Shown one piece after another: positions 1 through 10,017 of a stretch of 64,000 nt of DNA. The translations under genes were made by a program, and so were the position numbers. The stretch's first letter is position 1. The number at the start of each line of letters is the position of its first letter. The stretch comes from an uncultured Thermoleophilaceae bacterium (GTDB taxonomy: Bacteria > Actinomycetota > Thermoleophilia > Solirubrobacterales > Thermoleophilaceae), in NCBI GenBank assembly GCA_963739095.1, contig CAVTZF010000021.1:87842-151841 (forward strand), written 5' to 3'. The notes beneath the pieces were generated by a model. That model searched no databases and was not told the DNA's origin. It saw nothing but the letters and a program-made list of their open reading frames with translations.

Positions 1-1745
1 CGCGCATGGGATGCTGGCCTTCACGGTCGTTCCTCTTCCCGGCTCCGATTCCACCTCGAGACGGCCCTCGAGCACCGCCATCCGGTCGGCGAGGCCGCGC
101 AGGCCGGTGCCCCTCGCGGGATCGGCCCCGCCGACCCCGTCGTCGGCGACCGCCACGACGACCCGCCCGTTGTGGCGCTCGACGCTCACCGTCGCCTGGT
201 TTGCGGCAGCGTACTTCGCGACGTTCGTGAGGGCCTCGGAGACGACGAAGTAGGCGGCCAGCTCGACCGCCTCCGGCAGGCGCTCGGACGGGACGGGGCC
301 CAGCTCCACCGGGACCGGCGCGCGCAGAGCCAGAGACTCGACGGCGGTGCGCAGGCCGCGCTCGGAGAGCACCGCCGGGTGCAGCCCGCGGGCGAGCTCG
401 CGCAGCTCCTCGAGTGCCGCCTCGAGCTCCTCGCCGGCGCCGGCGAGGAGCGTCTCCGCTCCACCGGGATCCTCGCGCAGCTTCGACCGCGCCATCCTCA
501 GGTTGAGCGCGAGCGACACGAGTCGCTGCTGGGCACCGTCGTGCAGGTTGCGCTCGAGCCGGCGCCGCTCCTCGAGCCCGATGCGCAGCATGCGCTCGCG
601 CGACCCGCGCAGCTCCTCCAGCTTGGCGCGCAGCTCGGCGTCGAGTCGCTCGTTCTCGAGGGCGAGCGCCGCGGCGGCCCCGACCGCGCGGACGTGGTCG
701 CGCGCCCCGGCGAGCGAGGCGTCGTAGACGATGGCCGCGATCGTCTCGCCCTGGAGCTCGACCGGCGCCACGGCGCGCCCCGAGCCCTGCTTCGGCAGCG
801 TGAAGGGCCGGCCGGCCACGTCGACGAAGCGCGCGCTCTCCGGCAGCCAGTAGACGAGCTCGAGCGACGGATCGGAGAGGGCGTCGGCAAGCGCGTCGCG
901 GAGCTCGCCCGGGCGCGGCGCCTCGCCCAGCCGCGAGATCAGCTCGCCGACGGCGCCGCCCTGGAGCACGCGCGCGCGAGCGAGCGCGGCGAGGAAGACG
1001 AAGGGGATCAGCCCCAGCAGGGCCATTGCCGACAGCCACGCGACATTGGCGGCGTCGCTGCTTTTCGCGGCGGCGTTGACGCCGACCGTCGCGACGAGGG
1101 CGACCATCAGCGCGATGCCGGTGAGGTAGAGCGGCCCGTAGAGCCGCCGCTCGGCGCCTGCCGCGCTCCGGTAGCGGCGGACCAGCAACACCATCGCCAC
1201 GACCACCAGCACGACCGCCGCGGCGTCGAGCGCCGTGCCGAACACGTCGACGACGGTGTCGTTCGCCGAGATGAGCAGGACGTTGTCCGGACAGTCGTCG
1301 CAGCCGAAGGAGCTCTGCGGGTCCGCGAACAGGTACAGCGGGAGCACGAGCAGCGTCAGGACGTAGGCGGTTCCCACGAGTCGCCGCTCGAAGGTGGTGT
1401 GGAGGTGTCCGTTGGGCGTGGACAGAAGCAGCTGCAATGCGGTCACGAAGAAGACCGAGCCGATGACCTGGCCGAAGGTGAACAGGATCGCGATGTCGGA
1501 TACGCCGACGAGGCTGAGCAGCCAGGCGAACCCGGTGGCCGTCATCAGCATGCCGACGCGGCTCTCGGGATCCCGGGACCAGGCGAACAGGCCGGTTCCA
1601 ACCCAGCCCCAGCCGACGAACAGCCCAAGCGCGGCGACCGCCCCGCGCAGCGGCAGGTGGTTGCTCGTCAGGATGAGCGCGAGGTCGATCAGGCCAAGCG
1701 CTACGGCGGCGCCCCCGAGTCCCCAGAGGGCACGGCGCAGTGAGG
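1..1745 (-). CDS. Sensor histidine kinase, HisKA_3 + HATPase_c (NarL/DesK type) with multi-pass membrane N-terminus. The 3' end runs off the window and the start codon is not resolved.
   Basis: Own translation of the minus strand; it is absent from the ORF track because there is no stop inside the window. H-box region EERRRLERNLHDGAQQRLVSLAL, N-box AYFVVSEALTNVAKYA, G-boxes VADDGVGGA and GTGLRGLADR. The N-terminal two thirds are hydrophobic. The reading frame continues across the stop of the upstream response regulator. Confidence 0.85.
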
Positions 1746-2096
1746 TCAGAGGAGCGCCTCCAGCGCCGCGCCAGACAGCTCCGACTTCGGGATGAAGCCG
1801 CGAACCTGGGCGCTCTCGCCGAGCGGCCCGAGGTCGTCGACGTCGCGGCTTGAGGTGAGCACGACGGCGGGCGCCGATCCGTTGGCGGTGATACGCGCCG
1901 CGACCTCGAAGCCGTCGATGTCGGGCAGCTGCACGTCGAGCAGGACCATCTGCGGGTGCAGCTCGTGCACCGCCTCGATCGCCGTCAGGCCGTCGGGCGC
2001 CTCGCCGACCACCTCGAAGCCCTCGGCCTCGAGCAGCATGCGCGCGCTCGCCCGGAAGCTCGGGTGGTCGTCGACGATGAGGACGGTTATGGCCAT
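1746..2096 (-). CDS. Response regulator, receiver (REC) domain only, ~116 aa, no recognisable output domain
   Basis: MAITVLIVDDHPSFR...MVLLDVQLPDIDGFEV...VVLTSS is a typical REC fold with the DD pair and phospho-acceptor D. The internal ATG at 2096 was chosen over the track start at 2153. Directly upstream of the kinase gene. Confidence 0.85.
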   Translation of the reverse strand: MAITVLIVDDHPSFRASARMLLEAEGFEVVGEAPDGLTAIEAVHELHPQMVLLDVQLPDIDGFEVAARITANGSAPAVVLTSSRDVDDLGPLGESAQVRGFIPKSELSGAALEALL

Positions 2097-2180
2097 CTCA
2101 GCGCGGATTGTGTACCCGGCCGGGCATTTATCCAATACGGATAGCCACACCACCGGGCCCGCCTATCATCCGCCCTCCTC

Positions 2181-2867
2181 ATGGAGGGTGCCACCGAGCC
2201 GATAGCCGCGCCGCCGTCCGAGCTGCCACCGGAGCTCCGCGGCGAGCCGCCGCCGCGCAGCGGCGGGCCGCTCGCGCTCATGCGCTTCATGCGCGCGAAG
2301 GGCATGCTGAACCTGAAGTACGGGCGGCTGATCGCGCGGCTCGGCTGGTGGAAGCTGCGCCTGCGCGGGCGGCTCCTGCTCGACGGGCTCGCCTTCATCG
2401 GCCCCGGCTGCTCGCTCGAGGTGGGCCCCCGCGCCACCATCGAGCTCGGGCGCTGGTCCTGGGTCGGCCACGGCTGCAAGATCCGCTCGCACGAGGGCGC
2501 CGTGTCGATCGGGGCGAAGACCGTGCTCGGCCAGGAGTGCACGATCTCGTCGTTCCAGCACGTGTCGATCGGCCGCGAGTGCGTGATCGCGGACCGCGTG
2601 ATGCTGATCGACTTCGACCACGGCATGGTCGAGGTCGAGCGCCCGATCCGCCTCCAGGGCATCTACAAGCGCGACGTGCGCGTCGGCAACAACGTCTGGA
2701 TCGGCTACGGCGCCTGCATCCTGCGCGGCGTGACCGTGGGCGACAACGCCGTGATCGGCACCAACGCCGTGGTGACCCGCGACGTCCCGGCCAACGCCGT
2801 CGTCGGCGGCGTGCCGGCGCGGTTGATCCGGATGCGCGAGGCACCCCAGCGGATGCGCTTCTCGTAA
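2181..2867 (+). CDS. Hexapeptide-repeat (left-handed beta-helix) acyl/acetyltransferase
   Basis: Repeated [LIV]-G-x4 hexapeptides: SIGAKTVLGQECTISS, SIGRECVIADRV, VGNNVWIGYGACILRGVTVGDNAVIGTNAVV. Maltose/galactoside O-acetyltransferase-like C-terminus. Confidence 0.8.
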   Translation: MEGATEPIAAPPSELPPELRGEPPPRSGGPLALMRFMRAKGMLNLKYGRLIARLGWWKLRLRGRLLLDGLAFIGPGCSLEVGPRATIELGRWSWVGHGCKIRSHEGAVSIGAKTVLGQECTISSFQHVSIGRECVIADRVMLIDFDHGMVEVERPIRLQGIYKRDVRVGNNVWIGYGACILRGVTVGDNAVIGTNAVVTRDVPANAVVGGVPARLIRMREAPQRMRFS

Positions 2868-2984
2868 CGCGCGCGTCGCCGAGTTGTCACACGCGGGTGC
2901 TGAACCGTGACGCGCGGGGCGCCACGATCCGCCCATGACTCGCGAGTGGACGAATTGCGCCAGACATACAGACGCCGGAATTCG

Positions 2985-3900
2985 CCACTCGCGGATCCTG
3001 ATGCCGCGATCGCGGGGTTGGCCGGAGAGCCAGCACGGCGTCGTTTCGCTGCCGCAGCTGACCGTGTTGGGGCTCGGGCCGAGCGCGGTGCGGGAGCGCG
3101 TGCGGGCGGGCGCCTGCATAGCGTTCACCGCGGCGTCTACGCGGTCGGGTATCGCGCGCTCACCGCCGCGCGGCAGCTGGATGGCGGCCGTGCTTGCCTG
3201 TGGCGACGGCGCAGTTCTCTCCCATGGTCGGCCGCATGCTTTGGGGATTGCGCGAAGGAGGTGGCGTCGCGGGTCGACGTGACTGCGATCCGCGGAGGAC
3301 GGCGAAGAGCACGCGCCGGCGATCCGCGTCCATTGGCGTCGTCTGTCGCTCGCCGTCGACGTCACCGCCTGCGACGGGATCCCCTGTACCTCCGTCGCCC
3401 TTACCCTGCTCGACCTCGCCTCGGTCGTCTCCCCGCGAAAGCGCTCGAGAACGCCTGCGACCGCGCCGAGCAGCTGCGCATCTTCGACGGCCGCGCCCTC
3501 GAGGACCTGCTTGTGCGGGCCCAGGGCGAGCGCGGCACGAAACGCCTGCGCGAGACGCTCGAGCAGCTGGACCCGAGCGGCGCGCTGACCCGCAGCGAAA
3601 TCGAGCGCCTGATGCTCGCCCTCTGCCGCGCCCACTCCCTTCCCCAGCCAGTCGTAAACGGCTGGATCCAGCTGGACGGCATCGGCTTCTCCCCCGACTT
3701 CCTCTGGCCGAACGCCAAGCTGATCGTCGAAACAGATGGCCACACGACCCACCGCACGAGGAAGGCCTTCGAAGCCGACCGCCGCCGTGACCAGCTCCTG
3801 GCCGAGGCCGGCTACACCACGCTGCGCTTCACCTGGCGCCAGCTCACGACGGAGCCCGAGCGCCTTGCGCGCACGATCAGGGCCGTGCTGGACCGTGCGG
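2985..3900 (+). pseudogene. Decayed DUF559 / AbiEi_4-like endonuclease-domain gene with at least 5 frame changes
   Basis: Family-typical segments lie in alternating frames: DAAIAGLAGE | SQHGVVSLPQLTVLGLGPSAVRERVRAG | RLHSVHRGVYAVGYRALT | WMAAVLACGDGAVLSH | VDVTAIRGG | IRVHWRRLSL..DGIPCTSVALTLLDLASVVSP | ALENACDRAEQLRIFDG...TRSEIERLML...LIVETDGHTTH...DRRRDQLLAEAGYTTLRFTWRQL. There is no stop before the MMPL start. Confidence 0.75.
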
Positions 3901-3969
3901 TTACCCACACCTCCCTTAGGGGGAATTCCGCATTGGAACGGAGGTCGCCCGAGACGGACGATCTCCCCA

Positions 3970-6214
3970 TGAGCCATTCGAAGACAAACAACATCGCAGC
4001 GCGCGCCGGAAGGTGGAGCGCCCAACACCGGAAGAAGGCCATCGTTGGATGGCTTCTCTTCGTGATCTTGGCCGTCTTCATCGGCGGCTCAGTAGGCACC
4101 AAGACGCTCGACGACGTCGACGACTCGGGCATCGGCGAGTCCGGCCGGGCTGACACTGCGGTCTCGCAGAACTTCCCGGACAAGGTCTCCGAGAGCGTGA
4201 TGGTGCAGAACAAGAACGCCTCGGTCCGCGACCCCGAGTTCAAGGCGGTCGTGGCCGACGTCCAGGCCGCGCTCAAGGACGACCGCGGCGTCCGGAACAT
4301 CAGCAGCCCGTACGGCAAGGGCAATGAGGGCCAGCTGTCGAAGGACGGCCACTCGGCGCTCATCACGTTCGAGCTGCCCGACAAGGACGGACAGGCGGAG
4401 GACCTCGTCGAGGCACCGCTTGCCACCGTCGCCAAGCTGGACAAGCAGCACTCCGGTTACACCATCGAGGAGTTCGGCGACGCGAGCGCCGACCGGGCGC
4501 TGTCAAAGGCGTTCTCGGATGACTTCCAGCGGGCCGAGATCACCTCTCTGCCGATCACGCTGATCATCCTCATCCTCGCTTTTGGTGCGCTGCTCGCAGC
4601 GTTCGTCCCCCTGCTGCTCGCCATCACCGCCGTGGCGGCGGCGATCGGCCTGATCGGCCCGATCTCCCAGATCTGGCCGGTGGACGAGTCGATCAACTCG
4701 GTCGTGCTGCTGATCGGCCTGGCCGTGGGCGTCGACTACGCCCTCTTCTACATCCGCCGTGAGCGCGAGGAGCGCGCACGCGGGCGTAGCGAGGAGGCGG
4801 CGCTCGAGGCCGCGGCCGCGACCTCGGGCGTGCAGTGCTCGTGTCCGGCTTCACCGTGATCGCGGCGATGGCCGGCATGTACTTCGGCGGCGCTCCGACG
4901 TTCATCTCGTTCGCCACGGGCACGATCCTCGTGGTGGCGATCGCCGTGCTCGGCTCGCTGACCGTGCTGCCCGCGGTGCTCTCGAAGCTCGGCGACCGCG
5001 TCAACAAGGGCCGGATCCCGTTCCTCAAGCCGGAGCGCCGCACCGGTGAGCCGCGCGTGTGGTCGTGGGTCCTCAACCGCGTGCTGGCGCGCCCGCTGAC
5101 CTCCGTGATCGCGGCGGGAGCGGTGCTGGTCGTGCTCGCGGTGCCGGTGCTGCACATCCACACGGCCGACTCGGGCGTCGACGGGCTGCCGCGCTCGCTC
5201 GAGGTCATGCAGACCTACGACCGGATGCAGGCCGCCTTCCCGGGTGAGCAGTTCACGGCGGACATCGTGGTCGAGGGCAACAACCTCGACAAGGCTCAGA
5301 TCCAGGGCTACGCCCAGGAGCTGCGCCAGCTCGCGGCCGACTCGAACGAGTTCCACGAGCCGGTGACCGTCGACACGAGCCCCAACGGCAACGTCGCGGT
5401 GTTCGAGGTCCCGGTGGCCGGCACCGGCACCGACGAGACCTCGATGGACGCGGTCACGACGCTGCGCGAGGACGTCGTGCCGGACGTGTTCGGGAACGTC
5501 CAGGGCGGCGAGCTCGTCGGCGTGACCGGATTCACCGCCGGGTCGATGGACTTCAACGACCTGATGGCGGAGCGCATCTGGTACGTGTTCGCGTTCGTCT
5601 TCGCGATGGCGTTCCTGCTGCTGCTGGTGACGTTCCGGTCGATCGTCATCCCGATCAAGGCGATCGTCCTGAACATCATGTCGGTGGCTGCGGCGCTCGG
5701 AGTCGTGACCTGGGTCTTCCAGGACGGGCATCTGGAGGACTTCCTCAACTTCGACTCCACCGGCGCGATCACGGCCTGGTTCCCGCTGATGCTGTTCGTG
5801 ATCCTGTTCGGCCTCTCGATGGACTACCACGTGTTCATCCTGAGCCGGATCAAGGAGGCGTTCGATCGCGGCGAGAGCACCGACGAGGCCGTCGCGCACG
5901 GCATCAAGTCGACGGCCGGGGTGGTGTCCGCGGCGGCGCTCGTGATGGTCGGCGTGTTCTCCATCTTCGCCACGCTGTCGTTCATCGACATGAAGCAGTT
6001 CGGCGTGGGCCTGGCCGTGGCGGTCCTGCTCGACGCCACGCTCGTCCGCGGTGTGCTGCTGCCGGCGACGATGAAGCTGCTCGGCGACTGGAACTGGTAC
6101 CTGCCGAAGTGGCTCGAGTGGCTGCCCAAGGGCCCCGCGCTCGAGGGCTCCGGCGAGCCGGTCGAGGAGCGGCGCGTGCCGCCCCGCCACGACCCACAGC
6201 CCGCCGAGGCCTAG
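3970..6214 (+). pseudogene. MMPL-family (RND-type) membrane transporter, split by one frameshift near 4826-4830
   Basis: The N-terminal half lies in the frame of track ORF 2907..4859 (MSHSKTNNIAARAGRWSAQHRKKAIVGWLLF...YALFYIRREREERARG...AAATSG). The remainder is in ORF 4835..6214 (RAVLVSGFTVIAAMAGMYF...LSMDYHVFILSRIKE...). The junction ATSG|RAVLVSGF needs a +1 base in the run tcgggcgtgc. Confidence 0.8.
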
Positions 6215-6314
6215 GCCCGGACCACAACCAAGCAGTGCGGCGCCCGCCCATCCGGCGGGCGCCGCGCATTTGGGGGCTTGCTTCGCGCAGCCCGCTGAGG
6301 TAGTTTGACTGTCG

Positions 6315-6338
6315 TTGACTTTGTGGTCAGTCGCACAA
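6315..6338 (+). promoter_or_regulatory. Copy A of the conserved operator/promoter module (TTGACTTTGTGGTCAGTCGCACAA)
   Basis: TGACTTTGTnnTCAGTCGCA is shared with copies at 9980 and 21664 and lies 13 nt upstream of the EEP gene ATG (6351). This copy lacks the TATCAT -10 seen in the other two. An extra TTGACT is present at 6304-6309. Confidence 0.55.
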
Positions 6339-6350
6339 GGGCGGGCAGGC

Positions 6351-7883
6351 ATGCGAAAGCGGCTCGCCGGGCTGGCCACGCTGGCGGTGGGAGGACTCGC
6401 ACTCCTGACCGGTGGCGCGGTGGGGGCCGCGCCACCGGCGGGTGCGGGCCAATCGGGAAGCTGCGCACCCGGCCGAGCCGGGTGCTCCGCCGAGGAGGCC
6501 GAGCGCGAGCTCACCGTGATGACGTTCAACATCTGGTACGGCGGCGTGCAGGTCGACTTCGCGCAGGTCGCGCGCGCGGTCCGCGAGGCCCGCGCCGATG
6601 TGGTCGGCGTGCAGGAGCCCGAGGGGAACCTGCGCAGGCTCGCCGCGGCGACCGGCATGCCGTACGTCGACGACAGCCTGCACCTGATCTCGCGCTACCC
6701 GCTGTACGCGGTCGGCAGCGGCGCCGACCGCTTCGCATACGTGGCCCTCGACCTCGACCACGTGGCGGCGATCGGCAACGTGCATCTCACCTGCTGCCCG
6801 TACGGGCCCGAGGAGGCGGCCGCGGGCAAGGGGCCGAAACGCGTCCTGCGGCTCGAGCGCTCGCTGCGCCTCCCCGAGATCCGGCCCTACGTGCGCAGGC
6901 TCGGGGGCCTCGCACGGCGGGGTGTGCCGAGCTTCATCACGGGCGACTTCAACTCGCCCTCGCATCTCGACTGGACCGAGGCCGTCGCGCAGGCGCGTCC
7001 CGAGCGCGTCCCCTTCCCGCTCTCCTGGCCGGTGTCGAGCGCTCTCGCTCGCGCGGGCTTCAGCGACTCCTACCGCGTAGCGCACCCCGACCCGGTGGCG
7101 ACCCCGGGTTACACATGGACGCCCGGCACTCCGGCGCCGCGCATCCGCCGCAAGGAGACGCTCGACCGCATCGACTGGGTCATGGCCGGCGGGCGTGCGC
7201 GCACGCTCGCTGCCCGGCTTGTGGGCGAGGCGGGCGGGCCGGATGTCGACGTCGGGCTCGACCCCTACGGGTCGGACCACCGCGCCGTCGCCTCGACCTT
7301 CGCGGTCACGCCCGGGCGCGCTCCGGCGCTCGTGAGCGCCGAGCCGCGCGTCGCATCACGCGGCGAGCGGGTCAGCATCCGCTACACGCAGACGCGCGGC
7401 GGCGCCGGCCGGAAGATCGGGATCCTGCGCGATGGCAAGACGGTGGCCTCGCTCCCGATCTACGACGCGTCCGACCACCTCGCCTCGTACTTCGGCACCA
7501 GGTCGCTGCGCCCCGGCGCCTACCGCGCCGCGCTGCTGGACGGCGACGGCTCGGTCGCGGCGAGCTACAGGTTCTGGATCGAGGCGCCCGGCACGCGGCC
7601 CTCGATCCGCACGACGAGTGCGAGCTACGGCCGCGGCGAGCCGATCCGGCTGCGCTTCGGCGGCGCGCCGGCGAACAAGCTCGACTGGGTCGGGATCTAC
7701 CGAGCCGGCGAGGACGACCTCTACCAGTACTTCGGCTTCAAGTACACGGGAGCGCGCCCGAGCGGCCGCATCAGCTTCACGAAGGCCGACCTCGGGTCGC
7801 TCGCGCCCGGCCGCTACCGAGCCGCGCTCATGCTCGACGACGGCTACACGGTGCTCGCCGACTCGACCTTCCGGGTTCGATGA
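6351..7883 (+). CDS. Secreted endonuclease/exonuclease/phosphatase (EEP) family hydrolase with C-terminal beta-rich repeats
   Basis: Signal peptide MRKRLAGLATLAVGGLALLTGGAVGA. EEP motifs TVMTFNIWYG, DVVGVQE, ITGDFNS, GSDHRAV. Two similar C-terminal segments (PGAYRAALLDGDG / PGRYRAALMLDDG). Confidence 0.8.
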   Translation: MRKRLAGLATLAVGGLALLTGGAVGAAPPAGAGQSGSCAPGRAGCSAEEAERELTVMTFNIWYGGVQVDFAQVARAVREARADVVGVQEPEGNLRRLAAATGMPYVDDSLHLISRYPLYAVGSGADRFAYVALDLDHVAAIGNVHLTCCPYGPEEAAAGKGPKRVLRLERSLRLPEIRPYVRRLGGLARRGVPSFITGDFNSPSHLDWTEAVAQARPERVPFPLSWPVSSALARAGFSDSYRVAHPDPVATPGYTWTPGTPAPRIRRKETLDRIDWVMAGGRARTLAARLVGEAGGPDVDVGLDPYGSDHRAVASTFAVTPGRAPALVSAEPRVASRGERVSIRYTQTRGGAGRKIGILRDGKTVASLPIYDASDHLASYFGTRSLRPGAYRAALLDGDGSVAASYRFWIEAPGTRPSIRTTSASYGRGEPIRLRFGGAPANKLDWVGIYRAGEDDLYQYFGFKYTGARPSGRISFTKADLGSLAPGRYRAALMLDDGYTVLADSTFRVR

Positions 7884-8653
7884 GCGCGGTCCGGACCGAG
7901 GTGCGCGGCCACGTGCTCGAGGTCGTGCTCGACCGTCCCAAGGCGAACGCGATCGACCGCGCCACCGGGCTCGACCTCCACGACGCCTTCGCGCGCCTGC
8001 GCGACGACCCGGAGCTGCGCGTCGGCATCCTCACCGGCGGCGGCGAGCGCTTCTTCTCGGCCGGCTGGGACCTGAAGGCAGCCGCCGCGGGCGAGGAGGA
8101 CACCTCGACGGACTTCGGGCCGGGCGGCTTCGCCGGCCTCACCGAGATGTTCGACCTCGACAAGCCCGTGATCGCCGCCGTCAACGGGCTCGCCGCCGGC
8201 GGCGGCTTCGAGCTCGTGCTGGCCTGCGACCTGATCGTCGCGGCCGACCACGCGGAGTTCTTCCTGCCCGAGCTCAGCCTGGGCATCGTGCCGGACGCGG
8301 GCGGCGCCCAGCGCTTGCCGCGCAGGCTGCCGTGGTTCCTCGCCATGGAGCTGCTGCTGACGAGCCGGCGCATGGGCGCCGAGGAGGCCGAGCGGCGCGG
8401 GCTCGTCTGCGCGGTCGTCCCCGGCGCGCAGCTGATGGACGAGGCGCGCCGGCTCGCCGATCACATCGCGGGCTGCCCGCCGCTCGCCGTCCAGGCCACC
8501 AAGGAGATCATCCGCCGCGGCGAGGGGCTCTCGGTCGAAGAGACGTTCGCCGAGATGGCCGCCGGCCGCTTCTCCGCCTACTCGCGCGCGATCGCGGCCT
8601 CGGAGTTCGTCGAGGGCGCGAAGGCCTTCGCGGAGGGGCGCGCGTCCGAGTAG
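7880..8653 (+). CDS. caiD: Enoyl-CoA hydratase superfamily, CaiD-type (carnitinyl-CoA dehydratase / crotonobetainyl-CoA hydratase-like)
   Basis: LDRPKANAID, ERFFSAGWDLKAAAAGEE, DFGPGGFAGLTEMFDLDKPVIAAVNG, GGGFELVLACD and LGIVPDAGGAQRLP match my recollection of E. coli CaiD closely. ATGA overlap with the EEP gene stop. Confidence 0.75.
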   Translation: MSAVRTEVRGHVLEVVLDRPKANAIDRATGLDLHDAFARLRDDPELRVGILTGGGERFFSAGWDLKAAAAGEEDTSTDFGPGGFAGLTEMFDLDKPVIAAVNGLAAGGGFELVLACDLIVAADHAEFFLPELSLGIVPDAGGAQRLPRRLPWFLAMELLLTSRRMGAEEAERRGLVCAVVPGAQLMDEARRLADHIAGCPPLAVQATKEIIRRGEGLSVEETFAEMAAGRFSAYSRAIAASEFVEGAKAFAEGRASE

Positions 8654-9957
8654 TCGCGCGGCCCGCGGCCGAGCGCCTGCGACGCGGCGTCGCGGCCGGT
8701 GCGGACGGCGCCCTCCATGTAGCCGGCAACCCACTGGTCGGAGCCGCACACGTAGAAGGGCGGCTCGTGGGTGCCGTGCAGCGGGCCGACCGCCATCACG
8801 TCTCCCGGCCGCCAGCCCGTCACGTAGCCCTTCGTGAACGGATCGACGCCCCACGCGCGCGTCCCGTACAGGATCGGGTCGCGCGCCTCATCGCCCATCA
8901 GCGAGGCGAGGAAGTCGAGGAACTCGCGCCGCCGCAGCGGCTCCGGCGTCGCCAGGAAGGGGCCGAGCCGCTCGGGCGGGGTGAGCGAGGAGAGCACGCC
9001 GTCGCGCTGGATCCAGACAGAGCTCCAGACACCGTCCGCGGTCGCGCCGCCGACGTCCCAGAACGAGCTCGGATAGGCGACGACGGTCTTGGCGGCGAGC
9101 GCGCTGCGCTGGCGGTGGAGCGACTCGAGCCGCGCCTCCGACACGCCGCTCACCATCACGTCGCGCAGCGGTCCAACCGGCAGCGCGCAGACCACCGTCT
9201 CGGCCTCGATCCGCTCGCCGTTGCGCAGGAAGGCCGTGCAGCGCGACGAGGTGACGCCTAGCGCGACCACGACGCTGCCGAGCCTGACGCGATCGCCGAG
9301 CTCGTCCGCCATGCGCAGCGCCACCGTCGCCGACCCCTCCGCCACGCGCAGGTGCTCCCAGCGGCTCTCCTCGTAGAAGCCGTGGGCGCCGGCGGTCGCC
9401 TCCTTGCGCAGCTGCGCCAGCAGCGACGTGCGCTCGACCGAGTCGATCGAGAGCGAGCGCTGCATGTGGTCGAGGTAGCGGATCGCGCCCGGGCGTGCGT
9501 GCTGCGAGCGCAGCCAGGCGCCCATGCTCAGCAGGTCGAGCCGCTAGGCGTCCGGGTGACTCCAGGGATCGCCAGGGTCGACGGTGCCCGCGAGCCGGGC
9601 GAACTCGTCCTCGAGCCGGGCGAGGTCGGCCTCGTCGGCGTCGTCCATCCAGGGCGCGCGCTCGCCGATCGACACGCCCTCGTCGGCGCCCCAGGCGGGC
9701 GGCAGGTCGATCGCCGTGTAGCTGGGCTCGAGCCTCAGGCCGAGCTCTCCCACGAGCTCGGCGTAGGCGTGCATCCAATCGGCGACGACCTCGCCGCCCC
9801 ATTGCACCGGGCGCCCGTCGGCGAGGAAGACCTGCTCGACGCGGCCGCCCGGGCGCTCGCGCGCCTCGAGGACGACCACATCGGCGCCGCCCGCAGCCAG
9901 ATCGCGCGCCGCGGACAGGCCGGCGAGTCCAGCCCCAAGCACGATCACGTCATGCAC
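8578..9957 (-). pseudogene. Flavin-containing amine oxidase (putrescine/monoamine oxidase-like), interrupted by an in-frame TAG at 9544-9546
   Basis: N-terminal part MHDVIVLGAGLAGLSAARDL..VVVLEARERPGGRV (FAD dinucleotide fold) ends ..WSHPDA*. It then continues in the same frame as RLDLLSMGAWLRS...YVCGSDQWVAGYMEGAVRTG (track ORFs 9544..9957 and 8578..9525; 9543-9525 = 18 nt). Confidence 0.8.
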
Positions 9958-9979
9958 GCCGGTAAGTCTAAACGACTCT

Positions 9980-10009
9980 TTGACTTTGTAGTCAGTCGCA
10001 CGATATCAT
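9980..10009 (+). promoter_or_regulatory. Copy B of the conserved module: -35 TTGACT, 18-nt conserved spacer, -10 TATCAT. Predicted leaderless promoter of the aminotransferase gene.
   Basis: TTGACT(9980-9985)-TTGTAGTCAGTCGCACGA-TATCAT(10004-10009), with the ATG at 10018 only 8 nt after the -10. Lies in the 60-bp divergent region shared with the amine oxidase gene. Confidence 0.6.
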
Positions 10010-10017
10010 CGCCGAGC

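Noticed and set aside
172-1743. 523-aa plus-strand ORF covering the first 1.7 kb
   Set aside because: It has an Arg/Gly/Asp-rich, low-complexity composition typical of the antisense frame of a GC-rich gene. The minus strand encodes a clean histidine kinase with H, N and G boxes.
2166-4028. Many long shadow ORFs, e.g. 2166..4028(-), 4748..6658(-), 6305..8653(+) 5' part, 7432..9261(+), 15109..16875(+), 24389..26062(-), 26575..28668(-), 46956..48635(-), 61440..63122(-)
   Set aside because: They have R/A/G/P-dominated compositions and no recognisable motifs. Each overlaps a gene on another frame or strand that has clear family signatures. Open frames of this kind are expected in very GC-rich DNA.
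2907-4859. 650-aa ORF that looks like a DUF559-MMPL fusion protein
   Set aside because: It is an artefact: the last in-frame segment of a frameshifted DUF559 remnant runs without a stop into the MMPL N-terminus, and the ORF then ends at the MMPL frameshift.
9544-9546. TAG recoding (pyrrolysine or programmed read-through) in the amine oxidase
   Set aside because: No pyl genes or recoding signals are visible, and pyrrolysine is not expected in this lineage. A point mutation or base-call error is the simpler explanation.
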